Source: a virus
Direction: 5' to 3' (one strand)
Virus record (IMG/VR): IMGVR_UViG_3300030098_006630
Coordinates: 33,176 to 97,175 of that record
DNA: 64,000 nt
Each line of letters opens with the position of its first letter. Within the stretch, counting starts at the first letter, position 1. Below are positions 57,504 to 64,000 of this stretch, piece after piece. Below the pieces are notes generated by a model. It saw nothing but the letters and a program-made list of their open reading frames with translations. It was not told where the DNA came from and did no database searches. The position numbers and the translations under genes were made by a program.

Positions 57504-60224
57504 ATGCCATCATTTATTGGAGCAGGAAAGTTTTTAGGCTATTGGAACGCGAGCACAAATAGTGGCTCTGCGGCTGATTTAGCACCTCCTTTGCAACCTC
57601 TTTTGGAAACCGGCGGTTATGACAGCAGTACAAGTCTAACGCCTTCTGTAGGAGACTACTGGCAAATAAACACTGCCGGAAACAACAGCGGAACGGCTAT
57701 TGATGGTATTACTGTATGGACCGTAAACGATTGGATGGTCTATACAGAAGGAAACAAGTGGGAAAGGTTAAGCGCTAGCGATACTGTAGCAGCGGTAATG
57801 GTTGGTGATGCATCTTTCCAAGGATTAAAAGACGCCCTATTAGCATCAGGAAGCGCCACCGCAGTTGCTGCTACCCACCCAGGCGGCAAAGAGGTTACGT
57901 TCGTCGCTTCTAACAACGATGGCAAGTATTTTGACGGTGACCCTCGACTTACTTATGATACGAACGCCGGAACTCTTTATGTTACTGGAAATATTTTTCT
58001 TACCGGTACTCTAGAAGCAAGCATTTTTCACACTACTACTGTTTCTTCGAGCGTTATTTACGAGAGCGGCTCTACAAAGTTTGGTGACACCAACGATGAT
58101 ACACACCAATTCACGGGCTCGGTTTATGGAAACTTGGGAATCACATCGTCTTTAGGAATGTCTGCTTCTTATTTTATGGGCGACGGTTCTCGATTAACCG
58201 GCATCCAAGGCGGCGGCTCCTCTTTGGGTAATCCTGCTTATGTAAACGCTGCTTCCTCTAGCGTGCCTTTCTGGGGCGCAGTCGATGGCTCTGGCGAATA
58301 CGGTCTTACAGGATCAGGAAGGTTTAACTTCTACTCAGGCAGCTCAGAACTTCAAGTTACCGGCAATATCCGCGCCTCAAACATGTATGTTGGAGAATAT
58401 ATTTACCACGAAGGTGACGCAGATACTTTTGTTTTTGTCAGTGACGATCAATGGATTCTACGCGCTGGTGGACAAAACATGCAACGCTGGCAGGTCGGTG
58501 GGTCTCAAGATGTTGTAGCTATTAACGATCAAAATAATGATGTAGACTTTGTGGTAGAGACAGACACTTCAGACCGCACCTTCTGGGTTGACGGCGGAAG
58601 CAACAACGTAGGAATTAAATGCGCTCCATCCGGCACATCACCGGCTCTAACCGTCTCCGGTTCAACCTTACTGGGAGAAAGTCAAACTAGCATTCACCAG
58701 TTTACAGGATCCGCTAGGTTCTCTAATTCTATCTCGGTGGGGAATGGAAGCTCAGTCGATGGAATTTATCACTGGGATGATGCGGATACTCATATTAAGT
58801 TTGAAGACGATGGAATAAACTTTACAGCCGGCGCAGCCACTCTGTTGAGCCTAGACCAAGGAACTCAAGATACAGCCATAATAGGCGCTACTGGCACAGA
58901 TGTAGACTTTAGAGTTATAACATCTGGCGAAAATCATGCTTTGTTTGTCGAAGGCTCCTCCAACAAAATATCAATGGGATACACATCGCCTACTCAAGCA
59001 AAGCTTTCTGTCTCAGGGTCTTCGCAATTTGGTAGACCAGACGGACATAACGACGAGCATTGGTTCTCTGGCTCTGTATTCGTCACGGACGACCTTCACG
59101 TAGAAGATAAAATCTATGGACTAGGAGATGCCGACACCTACATTGATTTTAATACTGACAATAAGATATCTATTGCTGCTGGCGGCTTCACAATGGCGGA
59201 GTTTGTCAGGCACGCCTCTTCAGATGATTACGTTGAAATAGGAAGCGACTCTTCCTCTGGAGGATATGACATAGATGTCCGCATAGCCACTCCAAATGAC
59301 GACAGAACACTATGGGTCGATGCGGGAAGCAACAATGTAGGTATTAAGTGCGCCCCCTCTGGCACCGTCGCCGCGCTTACCGTGTCCGGTTCGAGCGTTT
59401 TTGGTTCTGGGAGTATTAGCACTCACGAGTTTACTGGATCTATCTTTACCGACAGTAGTATTCATTTTGCGAATAGATTAGTGAACTGGGCTGATGATGA
59501 CACATACATTCAATTTGATGACGATGCAATGTCTTTTGTAGTAGGAAACGCTGCATTTATTAGCCTTTCTGAGGCAGCTGATGATACCATTACTATTAAC
59601 AATAGCGGCGCTGATATAGATTTTCAATTGAAATCTAACGGAGCTACAGGAGGCGGCGCAGGAACTAATTTAACTCATACTCTTTTCGTTGAAAGCTCTA
59701 CAGCCAGAGTCGGTATCGCTGAATCTTCACCTTCTGCTCAACTTGATGTTTCAGGTTCAGTTCGTTTCGGTATCGATTCCTCTACTTACAACGCCATGTC
59801 AGGAACCTTAGAACTGACAGGAACAATCGGAGTAAATACTCCAGCTACTGATTATTCATTATCCTTGCCTAACACAGATACCGTGGCTGGTAGAGGCATG
59901 GCGTATGCGTGGTCCACTTATTCTTCGGCTCGATATAAGGAAGGGGTAGCTACAATGTCTAATCCTATCGAAACAGCAAAAAAGCTTCGAGGGGTTGAAT
60001 TTACTTGGAAAGAATCTGGGTATCAAGATTTTGGCTTTATTGCAGAAGAAGTGGGTAAAGTATTGCCACAGTTAGTTTCTTACGAAGCAGACGGAAAATC
60101 AGCAGTTGGCATGGATTATGCCAAGATCACTTCTCTTTTGGTGGAGTGTGTCAAAAAACAGCAAACTCAACTTGAAACTCAAGAAAAACGTATCAAACTT
60201 TTAGAGAAAAAGGTAAAAACTTAA
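57504..60224 (+). CDS. Fibre protein with internal repeats and a C-terminal intramolecular chaperone (peptidase S74/ICA) domain
   Basis: G/S/T-rich beta repeats; YSSARYK cleavage-like site; LRGV.F.WK, GFIAEEV...P.LV, MDYAK...LLVE..K and a terminal coiled coil. Confidence 0.85.
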   Translation: MPSFIGAGKFLGYWNASTNSGSAADLAPPLQPLLETGGYDSSTSLTPSVGDYWQINTAGNNSGTAIDGITVWTVNDWMVYTEGNKWERLSASDTVAAVMVGDASFQGLKDALLASGSATAVAATHPGGKEVTFVASNNDGKYFDGDPRLTYDTNAGTLYVTGNIFLTGTLEASIFHTTTVSSSVIYESGSTKFGDTNDDTHQFTGSVYGNLGITSSLGMSASYFMGDGSRLTGIQGGGSSLGNPAYVNAASSSVPFWGAVDGSGEYGLTGSGRFNFYSGSSELQVTGNIRASNMYVGEYIYHEGDADTFVFVSDDQWILRAGGQNMQRWQVGGSQDVVAINDQNNDVDFVVETDTSDRTFWVDGGSNNVGIKCAPSGTSPALTVSGSTLLGESQTSIHQFTGSARFSNSISVGNGSSVDGIYHWDDADTHIKFEDDGINFTAGAATLLSLDQGTQDTAIIGATGTDVDFRVITSGENHALFVEGSSNKISMGYTSPTQAKLSVSGSSQFGRPDGHNDEHWFSGSVFVTDDLHVEDKIYGLGDADTYIDFNTDNKISIAAGGFTMAEFVRHASSDDYVEIGSDSSSGGYDIDVRIATPNDDRTLWVDAGSNNVGIKCAPSGTVAALTVSGSSVFGSGSISTHEFTGSIFTDSSIHFANRLVNWADDDTYIQFDDDAMSFVVGNAAFISLSEAADDTITINNSGADIDFQLKSNGATGGGAGTNLTHTLFVESSTARVGIAESSPSAQLDVSGSVRFGIDSSTYNAMSGTLELTGTIGVNTPATDYSLSLPNTDTVAGRGMAYAWSTYSSARYKEGVATMSNPIETAKKLRGVEFTWKESGYQDFGFIAEEVGKVLPQLVSYEADGKSAVGMDYAKITSLLVECVKKQQTQLETQEKRIKLLEKKVKT
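58572..59460 (+). repeat. Internal duplication in the fibre gene; copies begin at 58572 and 59301 (offset 729 nt, 243 aa)
   Basis: DRTFWVDGGSNNVGIKCAPSGTSPALTVSGS versus DRTLWVDAGSNNVGIKCAPSGTVAALTVSGS. Confidence 0.9.
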
Positions 60225-60370
60225 GCTCTTGATTTCATTGACAGTTGTTACGCCCCCCGTTTGCATCCTTAAATAGTGTTGCTTTTTTGCTTTTTTATGC
60301 CTACTTATTAGCGTTATGGATAGGTGTAACTTATTCATACGCATAATAACAAACAAGGGAGAAAATTATT

Positions 60371-62905
60371 ATGGCTGCACCTTTTGATGCAAATGCTGTC
60401 ACTATTTATGGACAGTATTCACAATTCGAACTACTCACAAGTGGTTCCTCCATGCCCGCCGCATCACAGTCGGTTTTACGACTTTTTGCTCAGGATGATG
60501 GAAAACTTTATTATATGCCCGCAGGAGCTTCTGGCTCTGCGGCGAAAGAAATTGCTACCGGCGACGGTGGTCTTTCTTTTGCTCTAACACAAGGCGCTGG
60601 TATCGCGTCTTTTACCTATAATGGATCTGCTGCTGCTACAGTCGCAGTTGACATTAATGGTCAAACGGCTACCACAACGGCTGCTGACGTTGATGAAATG
60701 CTCATCGACGACGGTGCTGGTGGTACTATCCGCAAAATTACTCGTGCTAACTTCCTCGGAAGTGCTCTTGCTAGCCTCGACGCTGGTATTGATGTTAACG
60801 GTGCGAACTTCGCGGTTTCCACCGCAGGTGCTGTTACTTCGGTAAGCACTATCTCTGGTTCAGGTGCTGGTTCTTTCGGAAGTTTAACTCTCGATGGAGT
60901 CGCAAACCTACAAAGTGCTGGTATTAGCAATGCCGGTGCCATTGCAGGAGTTACAACTATTGATGCAACCGGTCTTGCCTCGCTCGACGGCGGTATTGAT
61001 GTAAATGGTAACCTAACAGTCAGCACTGCTGGCGCGGTTGCCGGTGCCACAACCGTTTCTGGTTCGGGACGCTTCTCGGCTCAAGCTCTTACTGTCCACG
61101 GCGGCGCAAACTTGCAAAGCAGTGGTATCGCTAATGCCGGAGCAATCGCCGGTGCTACTACTATCTCGGGTTCTTCAACTATCTCTGGTTTCGACCTCGA
61201 TATGGAAGGTTCGGGTAACTTCCTCGGAGACCTCACCGTTCAGGGTAATCTTGTCGTTGAAGGTAAGAGAACGTTGCTCGATACTGTAGATTTGTTGATT
61301 GAAGACAATCTCGTTGAGCTAAACAGAGGAACAGGTGCTTCGGGTACTGCTAGTACAAACGCTGGCGCAGGTTTCTTTATTTCTGGCTCTAATGCCGATC
61401 GTGGTATCAGTATTACTGGTGCTTCGGATGGTGGACGCTTAAAAGTGTCTGGTTCTTCGGTTGTAGGCGCTGGTTACGATGTTGTCGCTGGTGGTGATTA
61501 CGCCATTGACGGTACTTCGGTTCTTACCGCAACTACACTTGGTTCTGGTGTTGTTAACTCTAGCTTGACTTCTGTTGGTTCGCTTACGAGTTTAACTGTT
61601 GCTGGTACATTGACTGCCAATGGCGATGTAGACCTCGGTAACGCCGCAACAGACAGCATTACCTTCACAGGTCGCGCTGACTCGGATTTCTTACCAATCG
61701 CTGACAGTGCTCATGATCTTGGATCTTCGGCGCTTCAATGGGCTGAACTCCATGTAGATACTGCCAACATTGACCAACTTGGCTCGGCTCTTGATGCTAA
61801 TGGCGAAAACATCACTAACGTCGGTACATTCGAAGTTGATGGTGGAGCTACATTCAACGGAGCCGTTACTCTTGGTGATGCTGCTTCTGATGTAATCACT
61901 GTTACTGGGCAACTGTCTTCATCGGTCGGAATGTTGATTAATGATAATCAACTTTTAAATTTCGGTGATGATGCTGACGCTGCCATTAAGTTCACCACTG
62001 CAAGTGGTGGAGCACTGGTTATCAGTGGTTCTTCTCAAGGTATTGCTACTGTTGGAGCACTCGCTCCAAGCGCAGGTAGCCTTTTCGATATTGGAAATTC
62101 TACCTTTAAGTATAGAAATCTCCACATCGATGCTTTTGGTTCCAACTGGACCAATGCTGGTCGTACTGTAGCTGACCTTGGTAATGTGACAACTGTTGAT
62201 ATCAACGGTGGTTCAATCGACGGAACAGTTATCGGCGCTGCAAGTGTTGCTAATGGTTCTTTTGCCGCCATCGTCGGTACAACAGCTACTTTAAGCAGCA
62301 CTCTTACTGCTAATGGCGATGTAGACCTCGGAAATGCTACAAGTGATACAATCACCTGCACAGGTCGTTTTGACTCGGATCTCGTGCCTTCTACTGATAG
62401 TGCTCGTGACTTAGGAACAAGCGCACTTCAGTTCCGCACAGCTTACGTTGATGAAGTTGAGTCCGCTACTGGCGTTCTTAACCTTACAACGGCTGCTGGT
62501 GTTGAAATTGCTGGTACAGCAAATTCTGACGGTTACCTTTTACAGCTTCCAACAACTGGAGACGCTCGTGCTCGTGCTTGGGTTACTTACTCATCGGCTC
62601 GTCATAAGACCAACGTCAAGACAGTTAAGAATCCAATTGATACTGTGAAGTCTCTTCGCGGTGTTACTTACGACTGGAAAGGAACTGGACAGGCTGACGT
62701 CGGGTTTATCGCTGAAGAAGTTGGAGCAATCGTTCCTGAAGTTGTGTCCTTCGGTAAAGACGGACGCGCAGAAGGTATTGACTACGGTCGTTTAACTTCT
62801 GTCCTCGTTGAAGCTATGAAACAACAACAGAGCGAGATTGAGAAGCTACAAAATGTAGTTCAAAATCTTACTTCTGAGCAACCTAGCCTCTTAGAAGCCA
62901 AGTAG
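60371..62905 (+). CDS. Second fibre protein with internal repeats and a C-terminal S74/ICA chaperone domain
   Basis: A/G/S/T-rich repeats; YSSARHK; LRGVTYDWK, GFIAEEV...PEVV, IDYGRL..VLVEA.K. Confidence 0.85.
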   Translation: MAAPFDANAVTIYGQYSQFELLTSGSSMPAASQSVLRLFAQDDGKLYYMPAGASGSAAKEIATGDGGLSFALTQGAGIASFTYNGSAAATVAVDINGQTATTTAADVDEMLIDDGAGGTIRKITRANFLGSALASLDAGIDVNGANFAVSTAGAVTSVSTISGSGAGSFGSLTLDGVANLQSAGISNAGAIAGVTTIDATGLASLDGGIDVNGNLTVSTAGAVAGATTVSGSGRFSAQALTVHGGANLQSSGIANAGAIAGATTISGSSTISGFDLDMEGSGNFLGDLTVQGNLVVEGKRTLLDTVDLLIEDNLVELNRGTGASGTASTNAGAGFFISGSNADRGISITGASDGGRLKVSGSSVVGAGYDVVAGGDYAIDGTSVLTATTLGSGVVNSSLTSVGSLTSLTVAGTLTANGDVDLGNAATDSITFTGRADSDFLPIADSAHDLGSSALQWAELHVDTANIDQLGSALDANGENITNVGTFEVDGGATFNGAVTLGDAASDVITVTGQLSSSVGMLINDNQLLNFGDDADAAIKFTTASGGALVISGSSQGIATVGALAPSAGSLFDIGNSTFKYRNLHIDAFGSNWTNAGRTVADLGNVTTVDINGGSIDGTVIGAASVANGSFAAIVGTTATLSSTLTANGDVDLGNATSDTITCTGRFDSDLVPSTDSARDLGTSALQFRTAYVDEVESATGVLNLTTAAGVEIAGTANSDGYLLQLPTTGDARARAWVTYSSARHKTNVKTVKNPIDTVKSLRGVTYDWKGTGQADVGFIAEEVGAIVPEVVSFGKDGRAEGIDYGRLTSVLVEAMKQQQSEIEKLQNVVQNLTSEQPSLLEAK
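61613..62440 (+). repeat. Internal duplication in the second fibre; copies begin at 61613 and 62306 (offset 693 nt)
   Basis: TANGDVDLGNAATDSITFTGRADSDFLPIADSAHDLGSSALQW versus TANGDVDLGNATSDTITCTGRFDSDLVPSTDSARDLGTSALQF. Confidence 0.9.
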
Positions 62906-62925
62906 TAACAACTACTATTTTTATC

Positions 62926-62988
62926 CCTGCCGGGGGTTTATCCCCCGGCAGGTTTAAGCCGGAAGGAATACCACCTTCCGGTTTTTTT
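62926..62988 (+). terminator. Tandem hairpins ending the fibre transcript: an 11-bp stem (62926-62952), then an 8-bp stem (62959-62981) with a T7 tail
   Basis: CCTGCCGGGGG/CCCCCGGCAGG and CCGGAAGG/CCTTCCGG-TTTTTTT read directly. Confidence 0.85.
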
Positions 62989-63038
62989 ATATGACATTTT
63001 ATAAAATTTTCCATTTAAGTCTTTTACAACAATAAGAT

Positions 63039-63046
63039 ACTATTTA
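63039..63046 (+). promoter_or_regulatory. Putative late promoter ACTATTTA
   Basis: Intergenic copy downstream of the terminator and upstream of the scaffold gene. Confidence 0.65.
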
Positions 63047-63078
63047 TTAGAGACTAATTCTATTCGGAGGAGAAAAAA

Positions 63079-64000
63079 ATGTCATCTATGTTGGAACAAG
63101 CAATAATTGATGCTGAAGCTTTAAGAGAAGTTGCTCTTAAAAATGCTGAAAGCGCCGTGATCGAAAAGTATTCTACCCAAATTAAAGAAGCAGTAGAAGA
63201 GATTTTAACTACATCTCCTATTAACGAAGAAGAAGAAGAGGAAGAGACGGAAGTTGTAGGCGATGTCACTTATGCAGTGGCAGATGATGACCATGAACAT
63301 GATGATGAATGTCCTTGTCCTGATGAACAGGAAGTGGTTACGCTAGATCTTACTGACCTCTTAACTCAAATGCGACAAGATGACAGCGATGGCGAACTCT
63401 CTGTCGATGATATGGAAGAAAGAGAAGAGATTGCAGATGAAATTATCTCTGAGGAAGAAATGGAATTAGATGAGACAGTACTTCAAGATATCTTAGAAGA
63501 AGAGTCGCTTGAAGAAGATGCTGAAGAAATTGATGCAACCCCTGACTTTGATACAAATATTAACGAAGAGTCTCTTGCTTCGATGATTGAAGAGGTTGTA
63601 GCTGAAATTACGGAAGAAGTAAAAGTTGATATCGCTGAAGATCTTCCAAAAGCCGGATGGTCAGAAACTAAACCTGCCCTTTCGCAGACCGAAAAATATC
63701 AAGAGCCTTTAGAAAGCGAGATCGAAAGAATAAAAGAGAAGACTAATGAAAACAAATCACTCCAGGCTCGTAATAAAAAACTAAACGAAACACTTAATAA
63801 GGTGCATAAAGCCCTCACAGAGACTAACACAGCTAATGCACGCTTGTTATACACAAACAAGGTTTTAACAAACACCTCCTTGAATGAGCGACAAAAAATT
63901 AAAATTGTCGAAGCTTTGTCTAAAGCCAGTTCCGTTGAAGAAGCAAAGATTATCTTTGAGACTCTTCAAAGCGCAGTGGGCACTTCTGCTAATGTAAAAC
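63079..64000 (+). CDS. Prohead scaffolding/core protein (T4 gp22-like); truncated by the window end and absent from the ORF track
   Basis: Hand translation gives MSSMLEQAIIDAEALREVALKNAE, a very acidic middle region, then NARLLYTNKVL...LNERQK.KIVEAL..A.SVEEAK.IFETL. GGAGGAG SD and an upstream ACTATTTA motif. Confidence 0.8.
   Translation, partial: MSSMLEQAIIDAEALREVALKNAESAVIEKYSTQIKEAVEEILTTSPINEEEEEEETEVVGDVTYAVADDDHEHDDECPCPDEQEVVTLDLTDLLTQMRQDDSDGELSVDDMEEREEIADEIISEEEMELDETVLQDILEEESLEEDAEEIDATPDFDTNINEESLASMIEEVVAEITEEVKVDIAEDLPKAGWSETKPALSQTEKYQEPLESEIERIKEKTNENKSLQARNKKLNETLNKVHKALTETNTANARLLYTNKVLTNTSLNERQKIKIVEALSKASSVEEAKIIFETLQSAVGTSANVK

Noticed and set aside
60225-60300. tRNA, ncRNA or terminator between the fibre genes
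   Set aside because: There is no cloverleaf, and the T-runs lack a convincing preceding stem.
57504-62905. Diversity-generating retroelement template/variable repeats in the fibre genes
   Set aside because: Differences between repeat copies fall mostly at third codon positions and are not adenine-specific. There is no reverse transcriptase in the window.
392-63269. Minus-strand and nested short ORFs in the track
   Set aside because: They are shadows of well-supported plus-strand genes and have no recognisable motifs.
1-64000. Genome-wide stop-codon reassignment (TGA or TAG)
   Set aside because: Long genes are intact under code 11. TGA occurs in ATGA/TTGA couplings and TAG ends complete genes, so all three stop codons are in use.

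Overview
This window is 64 kb of a large, AT-rich, T4-like (myovirus-type, probably jumbo) dsDNA bacteriophage. Every credible gene is on the + strand. The order is: (1) a nucleotide-sugar/heptose biosynthesis and glycosyltransferase cluster (47-5375); (2) a gp55-like late sigma factor (6188-6889); (3) a baseplate module of about 36 kb, with a dual peptidase-M15/amidase hydrolase, a spike-like protein, gp25, gp6, a LamG/MAM adhesin-like wedge protein and several giant unknown virion proteins (7186-43061); (4) a RuvC-like resolvase, a primase, two small internal-head-protein-like genes and a single-chain Mre11-Rad50 (SbcD-SbcC) fusion; (5) holin/spanin-like genes; (6) a head module with terminase, portal, prohead protease, ribosomal protein bS21, two chaperone-bearing fibre proteins and a scaffold that runs off the window end. 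ATGA stop/start overlaps show that TGA is normally a stop codon. The main hypotheses worth testing are: an in-frame UGA followed by a bacterial-SECIS-like hairpin in a capsid-targeted protein (candidate phage selenoprotein, 44802-45242); a possible virion O-glycosylation/heptosylation system pairing the sugar cluster with hydrophobic-[S/T]-G-[S/T] motifs enriched in some virion proteins; a Cys-Cys leader peptide with a terminator-like hairpin before the prohead protease; and a recurrent ACTATTTA late-promoter motif. All assignments come from motif recognition by eye; no searches were run.
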